Shown here one piece after another: positions 1 through 9,569 of a DNA stretch of 64,000 nucleotides; position 1 is the first letter of the stretch; every line of letters starts with the position of its first letter. The translations under genes and the position numbers were made by a program. The DNA is from an uncultured delta proteobacterium (lineage in GTDB: Bacteria > Desulfobacterota > Binatia > HRBIN30 > BPIQ01), in contig CAVXGR010000005.1 of NCBI GenBank assembly GCA_963761335.1, positions 224,001 to 288,000 on the forward strand, written 5' to 3'. The notes under the pieces are model-generated. The model saw only the letters and a list, made by a program, of their open reading frames with translations, had not been told where the DNA came from and did no database searches.

Positions 1-2147
1 TGCAGCGACCGGCGAGTCGGACCCGCGACGAGCGTGGCGGTAGGCCCGGCGGCACCCGGCGCCGATCGCGGATGTGTCGCGGCGGCGGGCTGAACCGTGA
101 AGCACGCCGTGAAGTGGAACGTGCTCCCCGTGCCAACCGCGCTTTCTACCCAGATACGGCCGTGCATCATCTCCACGAGCTTCGCCGAGATCGTCAGCCC
201 GAGCCCCGTGCCGCCGTACTTGCGCGCGGTGGAGCTGTCGACCTGCTGGAAGGCCGTGAAGATGCCCTGCTGCTTCTCGGGTGGAACGCCGATGCCGGTG
301 TCGCGCACGGTGAAGTGCAGCTCGACGGAGCCCGGCGCGATGTCCATGGGTTGCACCGCCACGTTGACCTCGCCGTGCTCGGTGAACTTGATGGCGTTGC
401 CGACGAGATTGAGGACGATCTGTCGCAGGCGCGCCGAATCGCCGACGAGCGCGTCGGGTACGCCGGGCGCGACCTGCACGGTCAGCCGAAGGCCTTTCTC
501 CAATGCGCGCAGGCGAAAGATCTTCATAATCTGGTCGAGACAGTCGCGCAGAGGGAAGTCTACCTGGTCGATGTCGAACCGGCCCGCCTCGATCTTGGAG
601 AAGTCGAGGATGTCGTTGATGACCGCCATCAGCGCGCGGGCGGAGGACTGCATGAGCTCGAGGTATTCCCGCTGTTCGGTCGCGAGCGGTGTATCGGCGA
701 GGAGGTCCGCCATCCCGATGATGCCGTTCATCGGCGTGCGGATCTCGTGGCTCATGTTCGCCAGGAACTCGCTCTTGGCGCGGTTGGCCGCCTCCGCGGC
801 CTCCTTGGTGCGGCACAACTCTTCGGTGGCCCGCTTGCGGTCGGTGACATCGTGGAAGTACCACACCCGGCCGTGGTACCGGCCGTTGGGGCCGAGCATC
901 GGCGCCGAGTAGCGATCGAAGGTGCGCCCATCGAGCAGCGCGACCTCCGCCTGACTTCTCTCGTCTCGGTGCTCGTAGAGGTAGGTCACCCGCGCCAGGA
1001 AGGCCTGGGCATCGGCCACCTTGGCGAGGACCCATTCGAGCACCGGTGCATTCGCGCCCGAGGCGACGCGATCGGGTGGAACGCCCCACATATCGACGAA
1101 GCGCTGATTCATGGAAATGACGTGCCGCTGCTCGTCGACGACCAGGATCCCGTCGATGGATGTCTGCTGCTCGGTTGACAGCATCGTGTTGCTGAACTCG
1201 AGGGCTGCTTCCATCCGTTTGCGTTCGGTGATGTCCCGCGAGGTCACGATCCCAAGCGGTTGCTCGCCGAGCTTCCGGCCGATGGTCTCCAGATAGCGCC
1301 ATGACCCGTCGCGATGGCGCGCGCGCCATTCGACCACCTGCGCCGTGCCCGGCTGGTCGACGATCGCCGGCGCCCACGATTGGATGAGCGTAGCGACATC
1401 GTCGGGATGGACGAGGGCGATGGCATTCGTTCCGACCAGCCCGGCGGCGGGATAGCCGAGCATGCGCTCGTGCGATGGGCTGGCATACTGAATGATGCCG
1501 TCGCCGTCGACGATGCCAATCAGGTCGGAGACATTCTCGATGAGCGTTCGGAAGTGCGCTTCGCTGTTGCGCACAGCCAACGTGCGCTGAACGACGAGCC
1601 CGCGCTGGCGCTCCAGCTCGTAGGCCACGTAGACCGAGGCGGCGAACATGACCACGGCCGCGGTTCCCGTGTAGCTGAGCGCCGGCGCCAGATTTCCCGC
1701 CACCCACCAGGCGTTCGCCGCGATGGCCAGCTCGGCGCAGATCACGGCGGCGAGCTGTGGCCGGAGCCCCCAGGGGAACAGGGTCGCCGCGAACATGCAG
1801 CCGCTGCCGAGGATCAGCGATGTGGTTACCGTGTCATGCCGCAAGATGCTCACGGCCGCCGCCTCGATGCAGAGCGCGACGCTGACCACGATCGCGAGCG
1901 CCAGCGAGTGGGTCGCCAGCCGCGGCCGTCGCAACGCCTGCAGCAGCGCGATCAGCAGCAGCGCCAGGGCGGATCGAAGCGCATAGGTCGGCAGGATGGG
2001 CAGCGGATCGCGCCACAGGTCTCGGGCGGTGAGTAGGCCGAGCCCCAGCAGCATGATCCACAAGCTGACGCGCAACCGCTGCGCCAGCAGCAACTCGTTT
2101 TGGTGGCGCAGGTGCGCCGAGTCGACATTCGCTGGGGGGTGTCGCAT
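1..2147 (-). CDS. Membrane-bound hybrid sensor histidine kinase with PAS domains (partial, runs off window start)
   Basis: Manual translation from ATG 2147 (MRHPPANVDSAHLRHQNELLLAQRLRVSLWIMLLGLG...). TM helices, PAS-like segments, H-box KSEFLANMSHEIRTPMNGIIGM and HATPase end IWVESAVGTGSTFHFT. Absent from the ORF track because there is no stop in the window. Confidence 0.9.
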   Translation of the reverse strand, partial: MRHPPANVDSAHLRHQNELLLAQRLRVSLWIMLLGLGLLTARDLWRDPLPILPTYALRSALALLLIALLQALRRPRLATHSLALAIVVSVALCIEAAAVSILRHDTVTTSLILGSGCMFAATLFPWGLRPQLAAVICAELAIAANAWWVAGNLAPALSYTGTAAVVMFAASVYVAYELERQRGLVVQRTLAVRNSEAHFRTLIENVSDLIGIVDGDGIIQYASPSHERMLGYPAAGLVGTNAIALVHPDDVATLIQSWAPAIVDQPGTAQVVEWRARHRDGSWRYLETIGRKLGEQPLGIVTSRDITERKRMEAALEFSNTMLSTEQQTSIDGILVVDEQRHVISMNQRFVDMWGVPPDRVASGANAPVLEWVLAKVADAQAFLARVTYLYEHRDERSQAEVALLDGRTFDRYSAPMLGPNGRYHGRVWYFHDVTDRKRATEELCRTKEAAEAANRAKSEFLANMSHEIRTPMNGIIGMADLLADTPLATEQREYLELMQSSARALMAVINDILDFSKIEAGRFDIDQVDFPLRDCLDQIMKIFRLRALEKGLRLTVQVAPGVPDALVGDSARLRQIVLNLVGNAIKFTEHGEVNVAVQPMDIAPGSVELHFTVRDTGIGVPPEKQQGIFTAFQQVDSSTARKYGGTGLGLTISAKLVEMMHGRIWVESAVGTGSTFHFTACFTVQPAAATHPRSAPGAAGPTATLVAGPTRRSL

Positions 2148-2210
2148 GATCGTGGCCGGGCCGCGGGGCGGCTGTGGCCTCCCTGCGGCGGGTTCCGTAA
2201 ACGGGAACTT

Positions 2211-2226
2211 TGCACCTGCCATGCCG
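2211..2226 (-). promoter_or_regulatory. Possible sigma54 (-24/-12) promoter of the kinase gene
   Basis: Minus strand CGGCATGGCAGGTGCA has GG-N10-GC spacing about 65 nt upstream of the ATG; imperfect match to consensus. Confidence 0.3.
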
Positions 2227-2418
2227 CTGGCCGATTGGAACCGCGACGGGGACCAGTCTCTTCCCCCGCGGATCGCTGCGCAGTCATTTTGGTGCCGAAT
2301 CGGTCGAACTTATGGCCGGCATGACACTGGCCCGGTCTCGAGTGTCGTCCATACGGGGGAGCCGAGCGACGGCTCTGGGCGCGGCACTGTGACGTTCAGC
2401 CCAAACCGGGAGCCTGAT

Positions 2419-2460
2419 CCGGGAAAGGGGTACCTGCCGGGAAAGGGGTACCTGCCGGAA
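2419..2460. repeat. 18-bp tandem repeat, about 2.3 copies
   Basis: ccgggaaaggggtacctg x2 followed by ccggaa, just downstream of the tRNA 3' end. Confidence 0.7.
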
Positions 2461-2503
2461 AAATGCGGCCGGGACGGCCGCGCTCCCAGGGCAACAGGCA
2501 AAG

Positions 2504-2575
<72 letters not shown>

Positions 2576-2744
2576 AGATGGGAGGTGGGAGTGACCTATC
2601 TATGGCAGGGGCGCGGGTGTGTCAAACGTATTGTTTGTGCGGCTGGGGGGTGCCGCGTCGCTGGGGGAAGAGAATGTAGAATGAAGAACCGGTGACCGGG
2701 GATTGAGAATGGAGAATGGGGGAGGAGGGCGGCGGTACCGGGGG

Positions 2745-3104
2745 TCAGGACGGGGAGGGGGTTCCGGCGCGGCAGTCCTTGAGGCACTGGCCGGCGGCGT
2801 CGAGGCACTGGCGCACCTCGGCGCGGCGCACCTCGCGGCAGGTGTCGTAGCAGAGTCGTGCCTGGTCGAGCTCCGGGCAGTCCTGCGACGGTGTCGCCTC
2901 CGGGCACTGGCGCACCGCGGCGCGCTTGCTGTCGCGACAGGGGCGCAGGCAGTCGCGCATCGCCGGGCGGCCCTGGAGCAGACAGGCGCGCAGGCCCTGG
3001 CCGCAGGGGATGGCGCAGCTGCTGGGCGATTGCGCCAGAGCCGGCAGCGCGGCTGCGGCGAGAAGAATCACGAGGGTGAAGAGACTGCGGATGGGTTTGA
3101 TCAT
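2745..3104 (-). CDS. Secreted 12-cysteine helical protein, unknown function
   Basis: Sec signal peptide ending ALA-Q; 12 Cys including four CxxxC units. Confidence 0.75.
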   Translation of the reverse strand: MIKPIRSLFTLVILLAAAALPALAQSPSSCAIPCGQGLRACLLQGRPAMRDCLRPCRDSKRAAVRQCPEATPSQDCPELDQARLCYDTCREVRRAEVRQCLDAAGQCLKDCRAGTPSPS

Positions 3105-3244
3105 GCGGGCGGCGGCGGCCTTGAACCCAAGAGTATAGCTGGCGCCGCAGGCGGCCGCAAATGGGACCGTTGTCGATGAGGTCGCCGGCTCCTCGTTGTG
3201 CGCTTCTCGGCTACGGACGCCGCCACAGCTCCCCCTTATCGTTC

Positions 3245-3381
3245 CCCATTCTCATTCCCGGTTCTCATCCCGTCGTTTTCCGTTGTTCTGCAAGCGGCGT
3301 AAGAGCGCCCAGCTGCACGAGTTATTCGTCGCTGTCAGAGAAATGGAAAACGACGGGATGAGAACCGGGAATGAGAATGGG
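3245..3381. repeat. Long palindromic intergenic element (37-bp perfect inverted arms), family A copy 1
   Basis: cccattctcattcccggttctcatcccgtcgttttcc (3245-3281) and its exact reverse complement (3345-3381); homologous to 24413-24554. Confidence 0.9.
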
Positions 3382-3549
3382 AATGAGGAGCGAGGCTTAT
3401 CGGTGGCCTCGCCTCGACCCCTGGGGTCCGCCGCCTGGTAGCCGGGGTTGAAAACCCCCGGCGACCATCACGAGGAACGCGCTCCGGCGACCAACTGCGC
3501 TGGGGCGGGCCTCAGCCCAGCTTGCGATCAGTGCGCCGGAGCGGGAATC

Positions 3550-4038
3550 TCAGCCGAGCTTGCCGAGGACGGAGTCGGCGCTGGAGACGTTGAGCCCCGG
3601 GCCGGGCTCGACGAGCAGGTCCTGGATCTTGCCGTCGCTGACGATCATGGCGTAGCGCTGCGAGCGCTGCCCCATGCCGAAGCCGCTGGCGTCCAGGCCG
3701 AGGCCGAGGGCCTTGGTGAACTCGCCGTTGCCGTCGGCGACCATGCGCACCTTGCCGTCCGCCTTCTGCTGCTTGCCCCAGGCGCCCATGACGAAGGCGT
3801 CGTTGACGGCGAGACAGATGATCTCGTCGACTCCCTTGCTGCGGATCGCCTCGCTCTTCTCGACGAACCCAGGCAGGTGCTTCATCGAGCACGTCGGGGT
3901 GAACGCCCCGGGCACGGCGAAGATGACCACCTTCTTGCCCTTGGTCAGCTCGCCGACGGTGACGTCCTTGGGACCGCTGTCCCCCATCTCCTTCAGCTTC
4001 ATATCGGCCGGCAGCGCGTCTCCAACCTTCAATGCCAT
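3550..4038 (-). CDS. Peroxiredoxin, Prx5/type II family
   Basis: VPGAFTPTCS peroxidatic motif, VNDAFVMGAW, RSQRYAM. Confidence 0.95.
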   Translation of the reverse strand: MALKVGDALPADMKLKEMGDSGPKDVTVGELTKGKKVVIFAVPGAFTPTCSMKHLPGFVEKSEAIRSKGVDEIICLAVNDAFVMGAWGKQQKADGKVRMVADGNGEFTKALGLGLDASGFGMGQRSQRYAMIVSDGKIQDLLVEPGPGLNVSSADSVLGKLG

Positions 4039-4120
4039 AGCTCGCCTCCTTCTTCTGTGTGAGTTGAGTCCTTTCGTCTAGCCCTTGGCGGGGGCGGCCG
4101 CAACGGGTGAAGAAGGGGGG

Positions 4121-4353
4121 AACCGCAGAGGCGCAGAGATCGCAGAGGAAGACAAACCGCAGAAGCGCAAAGAGCGCAGAGAAAGAACGCCAAGAGGAAA
4201 AGGGGCCAGGCCGCTCCAACCGGACCACCAAGTAGCAGCGGAGCAGCTTGATCGCGGAGCGGCCTGGCCCCTTTTCCCCCTCTGCGATTCTTTCTTGGCG
4301 TCCTCGGCGCCTTGGCGGTCTCTCCTCTCTGCGATCCCTGCGCCTCTGCGGTT
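4121..4353. repeat. Inverted-repeat intergenic element (aaccgcagaggcgcagag family)
   Basis: aaccgcagaggcgcagagatcgcagag ... ctctgcgatccctgcgcctctgcggtt; related sequences at about 20652-20692 and 57806-58008. Confidence 0.8.
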
Positions 4354-4404
4354 CCCGCCTCTGCCCCATTGCGACGGCCCCCGCAACGCGGTACGGGAGA
4401 GCCG

Positions 4405-5187
4405 ATGCGCAAGCGCAACTACGCCATCGGCGCGGGGTTCGTGCTCGGGCTGTTCGCCGTGGTGAGCTACTTCGCCCTGGTGACGCCGATGATCGGGCCT
4501 CGCATCCCGTTCCTGCGCGACGTACCGCTGCTCAACTTCGCGCTGCTGGCGGCGGCGCTGCTGCTCTCCTGGATCGGCGTACGCCGCGCCTTCTCGCAGC
4601 GGGCGGAGTACCGCGGCGTCTGGCTCGGCTCGATCCTGGCCGGCCTCAACCTCGGCCTTGCCGCGCTCTTCGTCTGGTACGTGGCCGTGTTTTCCTCAGA
4701 GCTGCCGGAATCGCCGAACGCCCCCAGAGTCGGCGTGCAGGCGCCGGACTTCACTCTCCCCGATCAGAGCGGCCAGCCGCTCTCGCTTGCGGATCTCCGC
4801 GGTCAGAAGGTGCTGCTGGTCTTCTACCGCGGCTACTGGTGACCATTCTGCATGTCGGAGCTGCAGGGTCTGCAGCTGAGCTATGACGAGTTCCGCCGCC
4901 GCGGTGTGCGCATCGTCGCAATCGTCGTCGACCCGGTCGAGCGCAACGCCGAGGTGGTCGCCAATCTCGGCCTGAGCTATCCGATCCTCGCCGATCCGGA
5001 GCTGAAGGCGATCGATGCATACGGCGTGCGACACAGCCATGCGCCCGGCGGCGTCGGCGACATTGCGCGGCCGGCGAGCTTTCTTCTCGACGAGCAGGGC
5101 GTGGTTCGCTGGCGCGATCTCACCCAGAACTACCGCATCCGCCCGCGGCCGCAGACGATTCTGGCGCAGGTGGATGGGATGTCGTGA
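4405..5187 (+). CDS. Membrane-anchored AhpC/TSA (peroxiredoxin-like) selenoprotein; Sec at TGA 4840-4842
   Basis: ORFs 4312-4842 and 4852-5187 are in frame and joined by TGA-CCA-TTC-TGC, giving APDFTLPD...VLLVFYRGYW-U-PFC-MSEL (UxxC in place of CxxC). Three N-terminal TM helices and a downstream SECIS hairpin. Confidence 0.9.
4840..4880 (+). promoter_or_regulatory. Bacterial SECIS element (candidate)
   Basis: Perfect 8-bp stem agctgcag (4859-4866) / ctgcagct (4870-4877) with a GGT loop 24 nt after the UGA; resembles the UGCAGGUCUGCA apex of the E. coli fdhF SECIS. Confidence 0.8.
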
Positions 5188-5309
5188 GCCGGGGACAGGG
5201 GCGAGAAGAGCAGTTGAGAAGACAATGGAGAATGGAGAACCGGTGACCGGGAATGGAGAGCCGGCCAACCGATGCGCTCACTGTCGGGGCGCGAGGAGAG
5301 AGGTCCGCG

Positions 5310-6569
5310 ATGCGCCTCGGCCGCTATGACAATCCGTACAAGTGCGTCTCGTTCGCGTCGATCGACGCCGCCGTGAATCGGGAGCTGGTGCCGCTGGAGG
5401 CGGACGACGGCGGCCTCAGCCAGGGGACGCTTTACACCAGCGGGCGACGCCGCACCGTCGTCTGCTTCATGCATCCCAAGGCGGATATGAGCCGGCACTA
5501 TGCCATTCCGCACCTGCTGGCCGCGGGCTACGCCGCCTTCGGCCAGAACAGCCGCTGGCTCAACAACGATGAGCTCTGCGTTCACGAGACGCTGCTGCTC
5601 GACGTCGCCGCCGGCATTCGCTTTCTGCGCGGCCGTGGCTTCGACCAAATCGTCCTCGTCGGCAACAGCGGCGGTGGCTCGCTCTATACCCTTTATCAGT
5701 CACAGGCATCGACGCCGCCTCCGGGGCGGCTGTCGGAGACGCCGGCGGGCGACCCACCCGATCTGAACGCCTGCGATCTGCCGCCCGCCGACGGCCTGGT
5801 TCTCCTGGCGGCGCACCTCGGCGAGGGGCTGATCCTGATGGACATGATCGATCCCTCGGTCGTCGATGAGAGCGATCCGCTGTCGGTCGATCCGGCGCTC
5901 GACCCCTACAATCCCGGGAACGGCTATCGCCGTCCGCCCGAGTCGAGCCGCTACACGGCGGAGTTCGTGCAGCGCTACCGCGGCGCGCAGCGCGCCCGCA
6001 TCGAGCGCCTCGACGCCGCGGCGCGCGCGCACCTGAAACGCCGCGGCGAGGCGCGCGCCGCCATCGGCGATTCCGGCTTCGCGGCGCGGCCATGGGCGGA
6101 GCAGGCGGGCGCTCTGCGCGGCGGGGTCGTCTGCCCCTACGTGGTCGTCTACCGCACGGAGGCCGATCTTCGCGCCCTCGACCTCTCGCTCGACCCGTCG
6201 GAACGCGACGCCGGGACGCTCTTCTCGTACCGTCCCGATCTGACCAACTACATGGAGTTCGGCTTCGGCCGCGTCTCCACCCCGCGCGCCTGGCTGAGCA
6301 CGTGGTCGGCGATCTCGTCGCACGCCAGCGTGCCGCGCAACGGGCGCGCCATCAAGGTCCCGTCTCTGGTGGTCTCCTACACCGGGGACAATGCCATCTT
6401 CCCCGGTGACGCGCGGGCGGCCTTCGAGGCGCTCGGCGCCGACGACAAGGAGCTGACCTTCGTCCCCGGCGACCACTACGGCTTCGCCGTCGGCACCCAG
6501 GAGCGCCGCGGCGCTCCCCAGGCGCTGGCGCGCCTCTGCGAATGGCTGGGGAAACGCTTCCCCAATTGA
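5310..6569 (+). CDS. Alpha/beta-fold hydrolase
   Basis: Nucleophile elbow GNSGGG, C-terminal D and GDH; RBS-like gagagagg before ATG 5310. Confidence 0.8.
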   Translation: MRLGRYDNPYKCVSFASIDAAVNRELVPLEADDGGLSQGTLYTSGRRRTVVCFMHPKADMSRHYAIPHLLAAGYAAFGQNSRWLNNDELCVHETLLLDVAAGIRFLRGRGFDQIVLVGNSGGGSLYTLYQSQASTPPPGRLSETPAGDPPDLNACDLPPADGLVLLAAHLGEGLILMDMIDPSVVDESDPLSVDPALDPYNPGNGYRRPPESSRYTAEFVQRYRGAQRARIERLDAAARAHLKRRGEARAAIGDSGFAARPWAEQAGALRGGVVCPYVVVYRTEADLRALDLSLDPSERDAGTLFSYRPDLTNYMEFGFGRVSTPRAWLSTWSAISSHASVPRNGRAIKVPSLVVSYTGDNAIFPGDARAAFEALGADDKELTFVPGDHYGFAVGTQERRGAPQALARLCEWLGKRFPN

Positions 6570-6570
6570 G

Positions 6571-7443
6571 ATGATCCGCATGACCAAAGCGCAACAGATC
6601 CGCAACCTCCTGCGCCAGGGGCGACCACTGGTCCTCGGCGGCGTCTACGACGGCATCAGCACGCGCATCGCCCACCGCCAGGGATTCGAGGTGCTCTTCG
6701 TGGGTGGCTTCAGCGTCGCCGCGGCGCTGCTGGGCGAGCCCGACTTCGGCTACCTGACGCAGACGGAGATGGCCGAGACGGCGCGGCGCGTCTGCCGCCT
6801 CACCGACCGGCCGGTCCTGGTCGACGCCGACACCGGCTACGGCAATGCGCTCAACGTCATCCGCACCGTGGAGCTCTGGCAGAACGCCGGCGCCGCCGGC
6901 ATCTTCCTCGAGGATCAGGTCTGGCCCAAGCGCTGCGGCCACATGGCCGGCAAGCGGGTCGTCGAGCGCGGCGAATGGCTGGCGAAGCTGCGCGCCGCGC
7001 TCGAACGCCGCGGCGATACCGACCTGTTCGTGGTGGCGCGCACCGACGCGCGCGCTGCGATCAGCCTGGAGGAGGCGATCGAGCGCGGCAAGGCGGCCGC
7101 CGGGCTCGGCGTCGACGCGGTCTTCGTCGAGGCGCCGCAGTCGCTCGCCGAGCTGGAGACCATCGGACGAGAGATCCCCGGCGTGCGCGTCGCCAACATG
7201 GTCGAGCACGGACGAACGCCGTTGTTGACGCCAGAGGAGCTGCACCAGCTCGGCTTCGACCTGATCGTCACGCCGCTGGCACCGCTGATGGCAGCCGCAC
7301 GGGCGCTGGCGCGCACCTACGCCACGCTGCGGCAGCAGGGCACCATGCGCGACGATCTCGACGGGCTGATGCCGTTCGACGAGTTCAATCAGCTCGTCGA
7401 GCTGCCTCGGCACTACGATCTCGACGAGCGCTACCGCGGCTGA
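6571..7443 (+). CDS. Isocitrate lyase/PEP mutase family enzyme (PrpB-like)
   Basis: DADTGYG, IFLEDQVWPKRCGH, VVARTDAR, FVEAP, ANMVEHGRTP. Confidence 0.92.
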   Translation: MIRMTKAQQIRNLLRQGRPLVLGGVYDGISTRIAHRQGFEVLFVGGFSVAAALLGEPDFGYLTQTEMAETARRVCRLTDRPVLVDADTGYGNALNVIRTVELWQNAGAAGIFLEDQVWPKRCGHMAGKRVVERGEWLAKLRAALERRGDTDLFVVARTDARAAISLEEAIERGKAAAGLGVDAVFVEAPQSLAELETIGREIPGVRVANMVEHGRTPLLTPEELHQLGFDLIVTPLAPLMAAARALARTYATLRQQGTMRDDLDGLMPFDEFNQLVELPRHYDLDERYRG

Positions 7444-7467
7444 GCGCGGCGTCGCCCCCGGCGCTTC

Positions 7468-8037
7468 TCAGTCCCAGGCGGGGTGGATGTCGACGCCGGC
7501 GTTGCCGAGAAAGCACGGCGTGGTGACGTAATCCGAGAACGTCCCGGTCTGCCCCGGGTCGAGATCGGACGGCTCCACCGAAATTTCTCCGCTCAGACAA
7601 GTCGTCCCCTGGCCGGGGTCGGTGATGCTCACCATGACGCTCACGCGGTGGGCGATCTCACCGCCGACGTTCTTCACCACGCCGGTGACCTTGCGGGTCT
7701 GCTGGCCGTCCGGCTTGGCGTTGTGCTCGGTCACGATCACCCGAGCCGGGCGGGGCTCCTGCTCGAGGTCCTGGGCTGCGGCCCCCCCCGCGGGCGACGG
7801 GGTGCCGGCCGCCTCGCTCCCGGGGTTGGCTCCAGGCGTTTCGTCGCCGCCGGTGGACAGCACGGGGGCGTTCTCGCCGAGCGAGCGCTGCTCGACGTTC
7901 TGCACGCCCTGGGGCTTCTGATCGGCAAAGTGGACGACACCGTTCTTGTCCTTCCACGTGTAGATGTTCTGGGCCACTGCCGCGGTAGCAAGCGCGGCAG
8001 TGACGACTGCGACCAGCAGGGTGGCTCGACAGGTCAT
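7468..8037 (-). CDS. Exported DUF4124-type protein with C-terminal FxLYD-like Ig domain
   Basis: Signal peptide, IYTWKDKNGVVHFADQKP, then VTGVVKNVGG...LDPGQTGTF. Confidence 0.8.
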   Translation of the reverse strand: MTCRATLLVAVVTAALATAAVAQNIYTWKDKNGVVHFADQKPQGVQNVEQRSLGENAPVLSTGGDETPGANPGSEAAGTPSPAGGAAAQDLEQEPRPARVIVTEHNAKPDGQQTRKVTGVVKNVGGEIAHRVSVMVSITDPGQGTTCLSGEISVEPSDLDPGQTGTFSDYVTTPCFLGNAGVDIHPAWD

Positions 8038-8285
8038 TCGGCGACGAACTCTATGGTTGCCGGATGGACAAGTCAACGGCGATTGAGCGAACGACACTCG
8101 GGCGACTTCGCCGTGTGCCGGCAGACGCACGATTTCGCACATCAGCTCACTCATTACCCGGCCGGCCGCGATGCCGGCGTTGAGAGTGGGCTGGTACGGA
8201 GATTGCCAGAACCTGCTCCTGGCTCCGATATCCGTCGATCTAGGACGAGTCTAGAGCTTGAAGGAGCCCGGAGGAGAAAACGGTT

Positions 8286-9506
8286 ATGCAAAGAGTGCTG
8301 TTGACAGCTGTCCTCTGTACCGCGTGGCTGGCTGCACCCGGGGGTGCTACCGCGGCCACGCACACGCTCCGATCTGCGAATCTGCGCAGCGCGCCGGTGC
8401 TGTCTCCGGCGACCCTGGTGAGGACGGTGCCCGCTGGAGCGGAGGTGGAGGTGCGCGGCCAGCGGGTCGTCGGCTCGGCGCGCTGGCTTTTGGTCAGTGC
8501 CGGTGGCGAGAGCGGATGGATACGCGCCGATCTGATCGCCGACGAGGCAAGTGCGCCGGCAGATGCGCAGGCGTCTGCGCCGATCGCCGCCGAGGTGGCG
8601 GCGCCGCCGCCGGCCGCGGCGCCGGTTGCCGCGGCAGCCGCAGAGGAGAGTGCCCCACAGCCTGAAACCGCTCCCGCGTTCCCGCGCCTCGGTGCATCGC
8701 TGGCGCCGGATCTCGGCGTGGCCGAGGCGGAGGCGGCGACCGTGGCGCGCGCGCCGATCCCGCCGGCCGGCGGCTTGCCGTGGCCGCTGCAGCTCCTCCA
8801 CGACTCGCAGTTCCTGCTGGCGGCGGCGCTGGTCTCGCTGGTTCTGGTGCGCAGTGAGCGGCGCCTGGCGCAGCACTGGAGCAGCTGGCGCGAGCAAGCG
8901 GTTTCCGTGGTGCACTCCGAGCCGGTGGCCTCGCATGTCGACGAGGCGCTGCGCAACGAAGGCATCCGGCGCGAGTACGACCGGCTGCTCAGCGCTCTGT
9001 GCGCCATCGAGCGCCTGCTGGTGCCGAACGGCAGCAACCGATCGACCTTCTCGCAGCTCACCGAGATGGTGGCCAGCGCCAACATCGCCGACAGCGCCGA
9101 GCGGGTGGAGACGCTGGACGCGATTCGCCGGCGCATGCTCGAGGTGGGGATGCTGCCGGCGTTCGGCCGCGTCTTCGAGGGCCTCTCCGGCTACGCTTTC
9201 ACGCCGCAGCTGTGCGACAAGCTGCAGGGATTCATGGCGGTGCCCGACGCCGAGATCGAGGAGCGCTTCGATCAGGTGCGCGAAGGAGCGCGGCTCTGCT
9301 TCGACGATCTCCGCCGCCATCTGGTCGCCGACATCCTGCAGGGAGGCGCCATCACCTTTCTCTTCAGCCGCCAGCTGGAGCTGCTCGACAACGCCCGCGC
9401 CGCAGCCCAGAGCGCCTCGGCCCGCGGCTGGAGCATGCGCGACGTCACCTCGCTGCGCCAGATGGTGGTAGCCCAGCTGTTCGAGGCGCCGAAGACAGAC
9501 GCGTAA
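8286..9506 (+). CDS. SH3b-domain single-pass membrane protein with unknown C-terminal domain
   Basis: Signal peptide, ANLRSAP...W...SGWIRADLI SH3b pattern, Ala/Pro linker, TM helix, helical C-terminal region. Confidence 0.75.
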   Translation: MQRVLLTAVLCTAWLAAPGGATAATHTLRSANLRSAPVLSPATLVRTVPAGAEVEVRGQRVVGSARWLLVSAGGESGWIRADLIADEASAPADAQASAPIAAEVAAPPPAAAPVAAAAAEESAPQPETAPAFPRLGASLAPDLGVAEAEAATVARAPIPPAGGLPWPLQLLHDSQFLLAAALVSLVLVRSERRLAQHWSSWREQAVSVVHSEPVASHVDEALRNEGIRREYDRLLSALCAIERLLVPNGSNRSTFSQLTEMVASANIADSAERVETLDAIRRRMLEVGMLPAFGRVFEGLSGYAFTPQLCDKLQGFMAVPDAEIEERFDQVREGARLCFDDLRRHLVADILQGGAITFLFSRQLELLDNARAAAQSASARGWSMRDVTSLRQMVVAQLFEAPKTDA

Positions 9507-9569
9507 GTCCGCCCGCCCAGGGGCGTTGGCAGCGGCGGTCGGCTGCGGTAGAAGTCGCGGGCGATTGCC

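Noticed and set aside
72..2036. Long plus-strand ORFs (72-1178, 97-912, 1314-2036)
   Set aside because: Antisense shadows of the minus-strand histidine kinase.
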